This document shows positions 26,606 through 41,016 of a stretch of 64,000 nucleotides of DNA, in pieces. Position 1 is the first letter of the stretch. Each line of letters opens with the position of its first letter. The notes under the pieces are model-generated. The model saw only the letters and a list, made by a program, of their open reading frames with translations, was not told the origin of the DNA and ran no database searches. Position numbers and translations under genes: made by a program. The DNA is from Podarcis cretensis (Eukaryota), in the NCBI GenBank assembly GCA_951804945.1, contig OX638157.1, positions 34,472,001 to 34,536,000 on the forward strand, written 5' to 3'.

Positions 26606-29148
26606 TCCCACCCTGATAGTTTTGAGTGTGCTTTGATAGAGCCTGAAAGCAGAATTTTGACTCTTTGCCTTCCAGTTAAGGCATTGCCGGTAAGCTGATA
26701 GACAGCATTCAGAGACAATCACAATGATTTCTGTTCATGAGCTTAGAGATATCTCGTTGTATTAGTCCTGAATATCTTAAATGAATAGGATTCTGTTTTC
26801 CTCATTCCAATGGTCCAAGACTCAAGATATGGCATGAAGCTGCCTTGTAAACATTTTTAAAGATTCTTCTTCTTTCTGTTTCTCCTTCTTCGTCTGTTCG
26901 ACAGATGCAGGTCTGCCCTGGTTCCCTTCACATGTTCATTTCTATAGCATTTGGCCATCTGCACAGAGTTTTGAAGAAACCTGAGCTGAATGCATCCCAG
27001 AGAGCAGTTGAATGTTTTAAAAGAATGTTTCTGAAATGCTGCACAGTTTTTTGTTTTTGTTTTAAGGAGAGAGAGAGAGATCTTTGAAATGTTTTTTTCG
27101 GTCATTTCCTATGTATCAGAATCACCCCTGCAACAGAACTTACAAAAAAAGAATACTGTATGTGGAAACTTTATGATCCTATGTGGCAATGCACTTTTCG
27201 CTCTGTATAGTAAAAGGCAGACAGGCAGCAGTTTACAGGGGACAGGACCACAGTTTATAAGGCTATTAATAATATATGCTTAGGGAATTTCCAAATGCCT
27301 TCATCTGACCAGGCTATGTTTAATGGATCTATAAAACATAGTCTGGAATCTCTTTGGTGTATTATAATATATTCTTGAACTTTCAGATTTCATTTTTAAG
27401 AGATAAGGGATTTTTTATTTTTTATTTTTATTAGAAACTCTATTTCAAAGGATATAATAAAACTCTATTTCAAATGATAGATTTCTTTTTGGAAGAAAAC
27501 ACCTGGAATTTTATTCTAATTCTGGAACAGATGCTTCCATAGTAAAAAAAACCAGTCAGGTATGATGAAGCTATTTCTATTTTAAGTAGCAGAGAAACTA
27601 ACTTCAATTGCATACTTTTTGTGTGTGGCATTTTACATAATACCCTGAGAAGCTCCGAGCTCCTTATTTGACATTTTTTTTGTTCTGCACTAGCAGTGTA
27701 ACCAAATACTGTTCAGTGACCCTTTAATTTAAACTTTCATTTTCAGTTAGAAAAAGACAGATTGAGAACAGCAGGCCCCAGTTCTCCTTATTTACTGTGG
27801 CTTTTCTCATAGAAAATTTATCAATCATTCAAAACATATTGTTAAATCCAGATGCAGTGAGCACACAGGAAGCAGTTTAAGAGATTTGAGCAGCTCTTTG
27901 ATGTTCTTACAACTGGTCACATGAGCTGGGCTGGTTGTGAAATTGGTACAGCAGGCATCTGCTTCAGATTCTGGTTGCACCTTACAATACTGAAATAAAT
28001 CCACATTTTGAGAAGCTAGCTAGGAGTCTTCATTGATTTACAAAATGTATATTCAAAATGGATCCCTTTTGAGTCTAATTGATTTCAAAAACAGCTTAAC
28101 TTTTTCTCACTGAAAAGTATAGGGACTAAAAGCGATGCACTTTGGCTAGCTGCCCATGGCCTTTCTTGTGTCTTGGACCCTAATGGGGGGTGGGATAAAC
28201 ATATGAAAGCTTTGGTGAGAATGGGCTTCCCTTTTCTCTGTAGTGCCAGAGGCATCAAAGAACCCTGCTGGATCAAACCAAAGGTCCATCTATTCTGGCA
28301 CCTTTTTCTTGGCACTAGAGGCCAACTAGTTCCATATGACAAGCCTACAAGCAGCATATTAAGTCAATAGCATTCTCCAACTCATGAACCTATGCTGCTT
28401 GTACTTGTGATTATAATTGGGAATTCCACCAACCAGGAATGCTTGTGCATGCATTTAAGCTTTCACACATGTAAAAAAGAGCTGGATGTGAAAATAAAGC
28501 AGTGAGAACTTAGGGAACTATATGTGTTTTGTTTAATCCTTGATGATTCTTTATGTTTTAGAATTGTGCTTACATTCTATAGTAGTGAAGTATATATAAA
28601 TGGATTGTAATGGTTTAACAAATGAATAATTAGTTTAGTTAAATAAATTTATAAACAGCTTCCCAGAACACAAAGCCTATGAGAGAGTAAGAATAAAATA
28701 CAGTGCTACAGAAAAAAAAATTACATGAGCATATTATAAAAACATCACCTCCTAGTGGTGCCACAATAAAACAGCCTGCACATTTGCAAAGCTAAGCCGG
28801 TCAAGTATGGTTTCAAATTGGAACCATGTGTGGAGGAGATTCCTGCATTTCAGAGGGGCAGACTGGATAACCCTTGGGATGCCTTCAAACTCTATGGTTC
28901 TATGATAATTTTCTATGATATTTTTTTCCAAATGAGTAAAAATATACAATCATTGGTGTTTTAATTGTCCAGTAGATAAAAATACATATTTGCCTGGTGC
29001 CTAGACAATGACAATGCTGGTGTGAGATGGGTCTTCTTGAGGAGAGCATTCCATAGAGGGGGAACTACTAAAAAGCCCCGTTTTCTCATAACTACCCTCC
29101 ATACCTTTCAAAGGTGGCATTTTCAGTATAGGAGCACATTTCCTTGTA

Positions 29149-29490
29149 CTGAGCCTAGGGCTTGCCGATCAGAAAGTTGGCGGTTCGAATCCCCGCAATG
29201 GGGTGAGCTCCCGTTGCTCAGTCCCTGCTCCTGCCAACCTAGCAGTTCGAAAGCATGCCAAAAAGTGCAAGTAGATAAATATGTACTGCTCCGGCAGGAA
29301 GGTAAATGGCATTTCCGTGCACTGCTCTGGTTTCACCAGAAGCGGCTTAGTCATGTTGGCCACATGACCCGGAAAAACTGTCTGCGTTAAAAGTTGGCTC
29401 CCTCGGCCAGTAAAGTGAGATGAGCGCCACAACCCCAGAGGCGTTCACGACTGGACTTAACTGTCAGGGGTCCCTTTACCTTTACCTTTT
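29149..29490 (+). mobile_element. Sauria SINE (slightly 5'-truncated)
   Basis: tRNA-like box B ggttcgaatcc, conserved body ctcctgccaacctagcagttcgaaagca...gtgcaagtagataaata, and (ACCTTT)n tail. Confidence 0.92.
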
Positions 29491-32299
29491 AATGGCCCAA
29501 GAATCAGACATTTAAGTACGCCTATAGATGTACATTATTTTAAGTGCAATCCTACTATGTCTACCCAGAAGTAAATTCCATTGAGTTCATTGGGGTTCTC
29601 TCCCTAGTTAAGTGCCTAAGTGGCTGAAGTACCATTGAATCATATTCACCACAGTACATGCAAACTTTCAGTTTAATATATGGAATTTTACATAAAAGGG
29701 GGAACACACTTCAACCAATCTGCAGCTAGAGTGGGCTGCGCACAGCACTGGTTGCCCGGTGTCTGTGATATTACAGGTCCCTTTCTCTTTCCCATCATGG
29801 AGAAGTTTTGGAAGATGTTTAAAACAGATTTTCTTCATTAACAAAAATGAAAAGATGAATGGACATTTAAATGAACACACAAATAGACAGAAAGCCTACC
29901 TAACATCAGAGAAATGAGCAAGGCACACAACAGAATATGCACTGGTAAGTTAGTTAAATGTGTTGTGATTGCAAAGCTGAGTTCACTCAACAAAAGAGGA
30001 AACACAGTGATTTCTGTTTAAAGGGACATCTGTAACTCTATGCATTCTATATAAGGTGGAATTTCCTGGATGCATGATGATATTCCTTTTTAAGAGACAC
30101 CCAGCTGAGCATGATCTTATTGGATTTCAATATTGCTGCTGACCCTAAGTCACTTCTTAATTTAGCCTTCACTGAATCAAACTTAATATTTAATATATTT
30201 GTCAAATAAGGACAGACCTTTATGGATCTATGTCAAATAATTCACTGGTGAAGCAAATGATAAAAGGTTTCTTAGAAGACCAAACACAGGTACAATACTC
30301 CCATGAAAGAGGATGGTTTGGATAATAAAAACAACTCTTAAAGGTTTTCCTCCCTTTGAAATAGCTTTGCTTATAGCCAAACAATCTCTCCTCCAAATGG
30401 AATTCTATATATTCTCCCCACCCACAAAATCTGCATTTGACACAACTGCTACCTACACCACACAAATTACTGAAGTTGCTGCAGGGGGGGGTTTGGGGGG
30501 ACCTCATTGTTAAGAAAAGTGAATTCTGTATCAAAGTGCCTGAAACAATGATCAAATTGGATCTTGATTATTTTCATATTTTTTATATTAAATTCGGAGA
30601 CAAAACTATCAAAGATGGCTTAACTAAGCATAGTAAAAGAAAGTGTAGCACCCTGCTTGTGGTTAACGCTTAGCTGGAATGAAATATTCAACGCAGCAAT
30701 AGAGAAATTAAAATAATAATTTATTTGTCAGACAAATAAATATGAGGCACAGTGGTATATGGTTACCAAGCTCTGGCCTGGCCTCCTGCCATTCTGGCCA
30801 GCACTTATATTTCCTTAATCCAGCCCCCTTGCTCCTCCTGTGGCTGCCTCTGTCCAATCAGCCTGGTTGAAATTCCTATTGGTTGTTTGCTAGAACCAAT
30901 CACAAAAGATACACCCATTTCCTTCTGTCCTTTTATGGGAATCAAAAAGCTATATATTCTTCTATCTATAAATGACAAATAAGTAGTAATATATCTTACA
31001 TGTGTCTCAACAAGGAATCTTAATTACCAGCTCACCTCTTGCCCTCCTTGCCCTATTGCCTTCCAAAACAGATGGTTAATCTTGAATTTTTATCTTAAAC
31101 ATATGTCAAGGATTTTGAGTTCACATCAACATTGAGAGATCTCCTTCATTTGAAGGTTTCTAAACAAAAGGCCTGACAACCATATATCAGGAGTGCTCGA
31201 TGGCGTCTCCTGTCTGGCAGGAGGCTGGGCTGGTGGCTGACTTAATTTCAGGATAGTTACAACTCTTACAACTATATGAAATAAGAATCTAGCATTTCTT
31301 AAATCCTTTGCATAATTATATTTAAACTAATATATTTAATACATAAATAACCTTTTAAAAGGAAAAGAAATCTTAAAAGGATCTTAGTTTAAGAAAGAAA
31401 CAGCTTTAGAAAAGATTTCCCAAAAATGCTCTCTTTCTGCCAGCCAGACCAGTTGCTTTTCAATTTGCTCTTGGCCTTTTTAACCTTAGGAAGAAGATAT
31501 GGCTCATTTTACTATTTATCAACCCTTAATTTGTAGGGTCAGTGTAACCTTGGCTCTCAGCCTGTAATTCCCTTTTTTACGACTTTGAGAATTGTTTTCT
31601 GCTATAAATCAGGGCCCCCCCCCTTGTCTAGGAGTAAAAACATTGCCAAGGTTCTTAGGCAGCTGCTCTTCTGCCTGGCATGAACATTTGAAAATCTTTA
31701 AGCTCATTTTAAAATACAAGCCCTGATTAAACATATAAGCTTTAATAAAAATGCAGGCTTATGATTAGATGCCTCAAAAGAAATACAAAAAACTGCAATG
31801 GGAATTCCCCTTCCTCTGCTCCTCAAGTGCTCTAAATGTCTCCCAGCTAGGGATGGAAGAAGGCAGTGATTTCTGTTCTGGCCTGAATTTGTCATAATCA
31901 GCTTTTCTTTCGGTCTGCTGCAGTTCATTTCCCTCCAAATACAGCCCATGAATTGTACAAAATAGAACTGCTTGTCTCTTAAGTATAAAGTTGCTATTCC
32001 AGTAATCGGCAAAGAAAGACAATGATTTCATCTTGATTTTTGAAGTGACATCTTGCAAAATAGGCTTTATTTATTTATTTACTTTAAAAAACACACCATA
32101 AGTTGATGGGAATTGTGAGGTTTGCCGGTGCATAAAAATGCAAATCTGTGCAATCACAAATAAGTTACCTATTAATTCTAGATCTACTAATTCTACCAAG
32201 AATTTTAAATACTGTATCCCAAAATTAGAGGGAGCTACAGAGGCGAGTATTTAGCTGTGACAGCTACTTCCTAAAATTCTCAGTTTGAGTACGATGGTA

Positions 32300-32541
32300 C
32301 AGTGGTACCTCGGGTTAAGTACTTAATTCATTCCGGAGGTCTGTTCTTAACCTGAAACTGTTCTTAACCTGAAGCACCACTTTAGCTAATGGGGCCTCCT
32401 GCTGCTGCCGCACCGCCAGAGCATGATTTCTGTTCTCATCCTGAAGCAAAGTTCTTAACCTGAAGCACTATTTCTGGATTAGTGGAGTCTGTAACGTGAA
32501 GCGTATGTAACCTGAAGCGTATGTAACCTCAGGTACCACTA
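32300..32541 (+). mobile_element. Tc1/mariner (Tigger-like) MITE
   Basis: TA TSD, TIR CAGTGGTACCTCGGGTTA, internal TAACCTGAAG repeats; same family as 58803-59044 in the opposite orientation. Confidence 0.9.
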
Positions 32542-34082
32542 TACCGTATTTCTTAAATTCTACATTGATAGGGAATCCTTGATATGCATGAGATAGCCAC
32601 TAGGAGTGCCATATCCAAATCCTACACAAATTGACTTTCTGGCGTATGTAGAAATGCACACTGTAATGTTACATAGTAAAATGATTGCATACAATCAAAT
32701 GCATTCAATGAAACTCAGTGGCATTTACTTTTAGGTGAACATACACAGGATGGTGCAGCAGAACTCTGTGAAACAAGTGTTGTGTTGTAATGCTGTGCTA
32801 TACATACAATATATGCCTTCTCCCTTTGTACTAGCTGCCTAGATTCAGTTTAGGGCTTGTTGCAAGTAAATGTGCTCAGTCTCATACTTAGGTGACCTGG
32901 GCTGACCCGAGCCTCGCTGTAATTATATTGTAAGAACAGCTGGCATTCCTGGCTAAATAAATGTTTGATACTGAGCATTTTCTGTTCTGTGGCATAAACC
33001 TTTAGCATGAAGCTATCCTTGACAAAGAAGGAACTGTGACCTTGCAGAAGTGTCTAGGACTTGGCTCTACCATTAAGCTGAGTGAGGTGCCTGTCTCAGG
33101 CAGCAGGTCTTGGGGGAGAGGGCGGGGAATGGCTGCAGCCCTCGGACTGTTCCTCATGCAGCTCTATTGGATGATAGAGCTGTGTACACACGTGGCTCTT
33201 CAGTCAAGCACAGCATACCAGCCCACTGCCAGACTTCTCTGTAAGTGGAATAGGAAGGGAATGGCATCTTGTTCACCTCAGGCAGCAAAATGTAGTTTGC
33301 CACATCTGTAGGGGGCCAAACCTCCATATGCCCATTGAGAGTGTGTCATGTTTCCTTATTAATCTAAATGACTCTTGTGGGGGAAGAGAATATCAGTGTG
33401 GCTGTACACTTTCATATACTCCAATTATACTGCTGTGCATTCTTCAGAGAGCAAATCAGGAATAACTTTTAAAGCGCATAGGAACTATAATGAATTTTGA
33501 GACTTCTAGGTCTACTTTTGATTTTATTGCAATTTCCCCTAGAATAAAAGAATCAATGGAGTAATGAATGAACGTACAGGCACCTAATTATAGATTGCCT
33601 GAACTGTCTCTCATGTATTTTAGAGCTTTTTTCTGTTTCTTCCAACCTGGCATTATTTTGGAGCTTTTAAATATGCATCAGAAGACAATAACCCAGCTGT
33701 GAGAAAGCTGAGTATGGTGTTATTTTTAAGTCAAACAAATGTAGGTGGAAAAAAGAAGTGTACAAATACAAGGTCGTCTATAAATGTTAATGCATGTATT
33801 TATGTGCACGATTCCGGAGATTTTGTTGTGTATTTTTGGAACACCACTTGACTTGGCAAGGAAGCAACGTCTCAGACTATGAACTACTATATGGGCAAGT
33901 AAACATGCTTTTCTATTTGTTTCCCTGTTTCTCCTTATCAAACTATATACCGTACTTTGCATTTTAGCTACTGTCATGCCATCTTTGTTTTTCTAGATGT
34001 CCTTAAGCATGACACAGAGGAGATTAAGTGATTCACATTTCCTCTTTAAATGTTTTTGTATCTTTTCAAAAACCAGGAAGTC

Positions 34083-34890
34083 TGTAGGAAGATCCTCATA
34101 ACCCCCATCTGTTGCGCATCGAGGTCCCCAAGTCACCCCCAAAGAAAAACACAATTGACACTTAATTTTTGTTTAAGGTTTTTGGCATAAATTTGGCCGC
34201 AACTTTATTCAAATTACAGCAATGTGAGTAGTTGCTTAGGCATTGGTAGCACTAACTGACCCCACACGGGGACAGCTCTGACATTCGCACCCCCTGCGAA
34301 GTCAGAAAGAGTAAGTCACCTGGGGAGAGAGAGACAGGACTGGGAACCATGCCTCACCTCTCCCCAGAATGCTCCCAGGGGCTTGCATGGCCCTAGCCCC
34401 TTGCCAGGGGGTTTCGGACAAAAGCATGGGGAGCCCCTGAGTTCTCTTAATGGAAAACCCTTGAAGCAGCAGCAGCATTTTGGAGGGGCAGGCACAGCCG
34501 AATCCATACCCCTCCACCAACCAATTCCCAGACCAATGCCTAACCGCAACCTTACAAGTTGTGACGATTTGCTACGCAGTAGGCAAAAACCAAATGGCAC
34601 ACACTGATCAGCCAAATGGACAAAATTCCTACCGGGCCCCTGCCCCAAAGCAGACGACCCCATGACAGGCATAGCAAGGTCAAGAAAACAGCCTAACATT
34701 AGGGAAGGGAGGGCGGGTGATCCGAAGCACGCAGCGAAAAGAGGACGTTCATCACTGCATGCATTGTATTTTAACAAATAGGGCTGTCAATCAACAAATG
34801 GCAACATCTAGATTTCCCCAGTAACAGCCCGCCCCTGCTTAAAGGATCGCCAAACCATTTGCCTAGCAACAGTGAGGTGTCTCGTCAGCC
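34083..34890 (-). mobile_element. LTR-like/DIRS-like promoter-polyA cassette
   Basis: CpG-rich island in an AT-rich context; minus-strand AATAAAGTTGCGGCC at ~34194-34208, shared with 41341-41355. Boundaries approximate, no TSD seen. Confidence 0.5.
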
Positions 34891-37800
34891 CCAACTGCAA
34901 CCCATGCTCTCCATGAGGGAGAACACGCTTTGTAATAAAACATAAAGTGTGTGTGTATGAGAGATAGAGGATCTGCATGGGCTATCCCTGCCTCCATCAA
35001 GGCAATGTGACTCACTGGATCCGGATCCCCCACATAGTGTGTTTGAGAGGGTTGAGGACCTGTCAGAACAGCATCAAAGGCATCACAAGGACTGCAGTTG
35101 GAAAGGGGAATCCTGGAAAAAACGCCTCCCCTTCTACAATAGCAGAAACTTGGGCTGGATCAAAAGCTGTTTTGCAAGTCTAATGACAGCACTGGATTTC
35201 CCCCACTATCTGCAGCAGGCTAAGCATCTGTTGAATGAACCGTTAATGAATACCAATACTCTCCACCTTTGCCTTTGATGGCTTAAAATCTTGAATATAT
35301 AAAACCTGATTGTATGGAATTCAAGTGAGCATGAATTTTTATTTGAACACATTCTGCCATTCTCAAATGCCATTATTTATTCTTGTGGAAGCGCTAACAC
35401 GAAAAATGCTTTTTAAGAGAAAAGGAAAATGATCCATCATCTACAATGATAGATGAGCATTCTTCCTATGAAAAGGCCTTCTAGCTCTCAGCTGTGTTAT
35501 GTAAAGCAGCTTGTGAAAAGCAACTCAGGGAAGTGGGGTATCAGGTGCTTTGAGTTTCCTTCTGCAGGTGTGTGGTCACCATCACCTTCTACAAATAAAC
35601 CTCCAAAGAGAGCAGTATCCTAAATATGTAAGATTGGTTTGGATATATTTTTCTTGTTTTTGTTTTTGTTCTTAAATGGTTTTGTTGGAAGTGATAGATA
35701 AATGGAATTTAATAAATAAATAAATAACGTTGCACAGAGACTGGGTGGCAGGCTTAAGCCATAAGAAAAAAACACAGCACAATGTGTGGATTTTGTTTTT
35801 TTTTTTTTTTTGTATCAAAAAAGCTTGGTTTTATTTAACACTTAATAACTAATTAAATAAACCCAGGATTTAAATATTAGTCTTGTAAAAGTTGCTACAA
35901 TCAGGCACCCATGCAGAATGATATATACTGAAGCTAGCCTATAGCACTAACCTCGGTAGAAGCACAAAGACTCTTTTGTATATGAATGACACAGTTTTAT
36001 TATGTACACGGATAAGAAGGAAGATAGACGACTCCCCTCACATTATAAAACAGTTGGTACAAATGTGTGTGTTTTTTACCTTCCTCTCGCATGTGTCATA
36101 TTATCACAGAGACCCTAACATGCTGTGCTCTCGCATGAGAAAACGGGATGTCCAGGTTTTTTGCAGGACACTTGTGGGGGGTATGACATTTTTATCTGTA
36201 AATGTATCCTCACAGAATATGTTCACAATCACAGTGTTTATGTTGTTGCTGTTTTTTAATCATAGAGTGTCTGTCCAGAACAACACCTGTAGTTACAGTG
36301 ATGGAGGAAACCAACAATCTCCAGTCACTTGCCACCAGCTGAGGTTTTTTGGGTTTTTTTTTTACAACTTTTCTAATGTTACGCAATTTCCAAGTGAGCT
36401 GCAACCATCAAAAATGTTCTCAGGTCTTTATGAAGATTGTTATATTTATCAGCAAGTACCATTAGCAGTATGTATCTGGGATACAGCTTGATCATTTGCT
36501 TAGTAAACTGAGATATCTTATGGAATATCTCTCCTGAGCACAATGTCTATAATTACTAAACTATGCTCCTACAACTTTAGCAGAGGAGGCAGCTTATGTG
36601 ACGTGCCTGCTATTATGTTATGCAGTGTGTAGGATTCATAGTGTTGCAAAATAGATGAGTTGCATTGGGAAGTAATGCTCTTGGATAGGAATCATTATAT
36701 TCTAACTCCAGCTCATATATCTGAGGCCCTATGTAGCCAAGGGATATATATGTCTCTCTAATTCAGCCTGTTACTGGGACCAAATTATATCTTCTAAAAA
36801 CAAAACTCTGTTTTCCCTACATTCATAATTACGGGGAATCAAACATGGGGAATCCCTTCAACCCCCTCCAATTGCACATAACTGGATAACCCTGTCTCTA
36901 TCATTCTAAATTGTCAGGAGGAATTCAAAAATGTTTCTGTTTGCTCAGACATTTGGTGATTGAAGAATACTGTTCCTGGCAACTCTTAAGATGAGTGGAT
37001 GGAATAATGTTTTGTAACTGTGACTGTTTTTATAATTTTTTTAACTGTAGTCATTTTTGATTTTTTTTAAAATCTCAGTTGTTTTTAGAATAATTTAACT
37101 GTTCAAGAATGCCTTTGCTATGCTTGTTTTAAAATTTTGTAACTCCCCACCCCACTCCTGGGCTCCCTGAGCAAGAAAGGTGAGGTATAAAATCAATCAA
37201 TAAAATTTTCTGAACTGAGCATGCTCAGTGGACATGGTATCGTGACTGCTGGAGGGTAGAAGTTGAGAACTGGGGCAGGGTGTGTGTGATGAAATGTCTG
37301 GAATCCTCAACTAAAGCTCTCTGTGCTGCAACATTTCTTTAATTCTTTTGCAGGTTCCACTTGTTCAGCTGAAACTGGTTCACATAATTCAAAAGTGAAC
37401 CTAAGAGTGAGAGGTTATCAAAAGCACAAGTATCTCTTTATCTCATGAGAAGAAACCAAGAAACCTGACAGATGCTAGGAAATTCAAATAATAGCTCCCC
37501 AATATAAGAACAAAAAAAAAAAATTAAGCTTCTTCTCTCTTTTTGTTTTTTTAATGGAAACCCATAGAGGAATCACAAGAAAGGCTGAGAGAGAGAAATA
37601 TCCTATACCACAAAAGACAGTCCTGACCGTTTATCTAACAAATAAGTCATTTCAGTCATTCTGCTCTCTCTGCACTTTCTCTAAAGACAGGAAGAGACAA
37701 AAGAGGCAGGAGGAGACAAGAGAAAATGACCCCATGCAGTCACTAGTTCATCAAGGCACTTGGAGACTTAATGTAGACTTCCTCTGTTCGGAAACGCTGT

Positions 37801-38337
37801 AAAAGAATGTGCTTAAGTTTCTGAAGAGTTTACAAGAGCAAACTTGAAAACAGTAGAAGGCTGGCAGTTCTCCTGTTGGTACTGCAACCATGCCAGCATG
37901 CTTTGTTCCTCTGTGAGGTTTACAGACTCTGGATAGACAATGAGCACACAGTGCTTTTTCTTCAGTAGGATTTCACTGGAACACAATTGCAACTGCCTCG
38001 GCAGTAATGATGTTCTTCTCCACATGGGAAACGATGTGACATGTGAGGCAATGTCATCTTAGCAGTCAGAAGTCGCAAACTTTTCATGATGTGACATTCC
38101 AGCCAGAAAATCACCTGTCCATTTCCATGATGACTACCAACACAGGTAAATCTGATGTCAGCAGGTTCAAATCTTTGTCCCAGATCATCGGTGCTAATGT
38201 CTCTAATCTTCCCCCCTCTCTCCACAAATCATTGCATTGTCTGAAGGACAAACTTCTAGGAAGAAACTTTCTCAAAGTTCAGCTACAAATGTCAAACATA
38301 TAATGCACATAAGAGTCTGTATGGTCTGCAAGGCAGA

Positions 38338-38393
<56 letters not shown>
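38338..38393. repeat. (TG)n(AG)n microsatellite
   Basis: Directly visible. Confidence 0.95.
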
Positions 38394-38397
<4 letters not shown>

Positions 38398-38563
38398 GAG
38401 GTAACAAAAGAGTGCAAGCTGAAAGCTCTGGAATCATGGTAGATTATGTCTTCGTAGATGGAAATTGTTCATGCGCTAAGTGTGCCTTTGGTTGCACTTA
38501 CAGACAGAAGTCCAAGATCAGACATTTTATGATATCTATGTATTTGTATTTATTTGTGCATTA

Positions 38564-39550
38564 TGTGATCCATGAGAGCAGCAAATAACCAGACTGTAGA
38601 ATGGTGGTGGGATAAGATCAGGCCAAATCTTTATTGCCATCAGCAGGCAGGGTTGGCATGGCATTGGGCTCCAGGATCAGTTCATCATTCCACAAACCCC
38701 ATGTTGATGGACCCGTCAGGTTTGGACTGCCCCAAGCCTGTTACATAGGAGTCAGCCAGTGTTGAACCTTGCCATGGTGGAAGCATGTGTTGCGGGCCTC
38801 CCCGGGTGTCACCACTGAGGGGGGTGACAAAATGCCAGGTGGCACTCACCATGGGGTCTGCAGCACGCCTGAGCCACGCATCTCTCCTGGGAGAGACGTG
38901 GTGGATTGGGCATGCGCATGCTCAGTTATGCCCGCTGCTCCCCCTCTCCTCAGCTGTAGGATGGCTAAGTGGGAGGAGGCAGGCAGACTCTGGAGCCACT
39001 GGGTGGAAGCCAAGCAAGCAAGGTCTCACTGGGATGCTAGGGTACAGACTCCAACCAGGCAGATACCCCTTCCCAAACATGGAGGTGCTGTTGTCAATCT
39101 TTCCCTTAGGTCCCTATGGGAGCCCCCCCCCCCCCCGTATGATCCTGCCTAATGCCATTTCTGCCCACATACAAACAATGTTCTTCCGCCTAACAAATGA
39201 ATGCCACAATTTCACTACTGGAAAGGCAAACAAACAAACAAAAAACACCCAATCAGGTTGAGAGAGAAAATTCCTTGCTGGCCCTGTCAACTAGCAACCC
39301 AAAATTTCTCAGCGAAGGCTCTCACCCGAGAGTGGGTGGGCAGGAAGCTCTTGGGGCAAAATGGCCCTGAGCTCCAGGGGAAGCAGCCTTATATAGGCTT
39401 TCCTCTCCTCCCCCTGTGCAAGGGCTCAAGGGACAGTTTTTCTTATGAGCCCACACAGACTGGAGATTGGGCAAATTGCCCAGGGCTTTGCTGCAATCTA
39501 TGGTCCACAGTGCCACCTGGCAAAGGCATCCCATGCTTATTGGGCATGGA
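38564..39550 (-). mobile_element. LTR-like/DIRS-like cassette, copy 2 (same family as 9116-10512), truncated, with a 217-bp insert
   Basis: Collinear homology to 9116-9395 and 9961-10430; insert 38785-39001 flanked by a GGTGGAAGC duplication. Confidence 0.65.
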
Positions 39551-39689
39551 AAGAGGCTTATTTAAGTAATTTATTTAGAATGCATGAGGAGGATTGCTGA
39601 ACTGATGTGCATAGAAACCATATCTTTACTATCTATCTGTTTGACTAGCACAGAAAGGTGGCGGTGGACAAAGCTGCTCGGGCACCTGG

Positions 39690-39995
39690 GGTGGCACACT
39701 CAGGGGCAGGACGAGCCACCCTTAGGGCGGGGTGCAACGCGGCTCCTCCGCAGTCCGCCTGCCTCCTTCCACTCAGCTGTCCTACAGCTGGGGGGGGGAG
39801 GCAGTGGGCGGACCGTTTGTGCAGCGTGAAGCCTGCATGCACCCACACCACTGCCTCTCTCCCAGGAGAGACGCGTGGCTCGGGCATGCTGCAGGCCCTG
39901 TGGTGAGTGCCACCTGGCATTTTGCCACCCCCACCTCAGTGGTGACACCCGGGGTGGCCCACACCAACCGCACCCCCTTCCCCCTCCCCTGCAGT
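39690..39995. mobile_element. GC-rich MITE-like repeat; inverted paralogue of 38790-38998
   Basis: gtgagtgccacctggcattttg...ctcagtggtgacacccgggg is the reverse complement of ccccgggtgtcaccactgag...caaaatgccaggtggcactcac. Confidence 0.65.
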
Positions 39996-40352
39996 ACATA
40001 TGTACCAGTGTATACATTTTAAGTACCTACATGTCAGGGTGAGTGTGTGCTCTGATTGGACCAGAGTTCTGCCTCATGTGGAACATGTACATCAGCACTA
40101 AGCTTATGTGGTCCCATAACCCCATCCCATATTCTTTCAAAGTGGAGAGGAGTTGCCTAAAGCTCCCTATCATGACTGTGCATGGAACACAGAAAACAGC
40201 ACAATTTCCTACTTGTTGCATCACTTCTGACACATGCTGGATCATCTACCGCTATCCTTTGCACATGCACTTCCATGAAATTATCATTTTTACTCAATTA
40301 TTTTTATAAAAAATTCTAAACCACTTTCCATTCATGAGAAGAATAAAATGGA

Positions 40353-40387
<35 letters not shown>

Positions 40388-41016
40388 AAACCAAAGTAAT
40401 CCATATACTTCATAATGCAAATGCATCTGGGACTGATACTAAAGGGGTTACAAAAGGCCAGGGTAAACAAATGGGTCTCTAACTGCCTAATTTCCCTCGG
40501 GAGCATTCCACATAGTGGACATCACAAAGTAAAAGGCCCTTCTTTGGACTCCCACCAATCCAACCTTTGTAAACTGTGGTACTATCAGGACAATGGAAGC
40601 AAGGAGGAGCTGGTCCTGCAGTCCTGAACTCTTTAGGTCTTTGTGAACCAAAACTAATGCCATAAACTTGGGTAACTGGCAGATATTGCAGCCCCTTTGC
40701 TCACATTGGTAGTATTTACCTTTATCCTTACTACTTTTAGGAGCATGTCATGTCCAAGGTCATATCAGCGTAAGGACTCCAAGCTAGAGCTGCACACCAG
40801 GTTGTCATTGACTCTTTTTACAGTGTTCTTTCTAATCTATCCTCAGTGAAATGTGACATTTTTCTATTGCTCCAGTAAAAATTGCAGAAGAGCAATGGTG
40901 AAATCTGTGCTCCTGTGTAATGTTCTGTAATTAATTACATATAACTGAAGTTATAAGCCAAGGTCCTGAACACTTATCATAATAGATTCAGTTACATTTT
41001 CATAACAATAAGCCAT

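Noticed and set aside
27435-27474. 15-bp direct repeat with a 10-bp spacer (also a 14-bp repeat at 44294-44323)
   Set aside because: Could be a TSD-like scar, but it is AT-rich with no element between the repeats; not interpretable without an orthologue.
32340-32530. Spaced TAACCTGAAG repeats resembling a CRISPR-like array
   Set aside because: Internal repeats of a Tc1/mariner MITE in a eukaryotic genome; irregular spacing and no cas genes.
35976-36491. Longest ORF in the track (171 aa)
   Set aside because: Non-ATG start call, low-complexity F/V-rich composition, no domain motif or splice support; consistent with chance.
38769-40022. Cluster of 80-158 aa ORFs with paralogous peptides (MPGGTHH...)
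   Set aside because: Explained by two inverted copies of a GC-rich repeat, not by a gene family.
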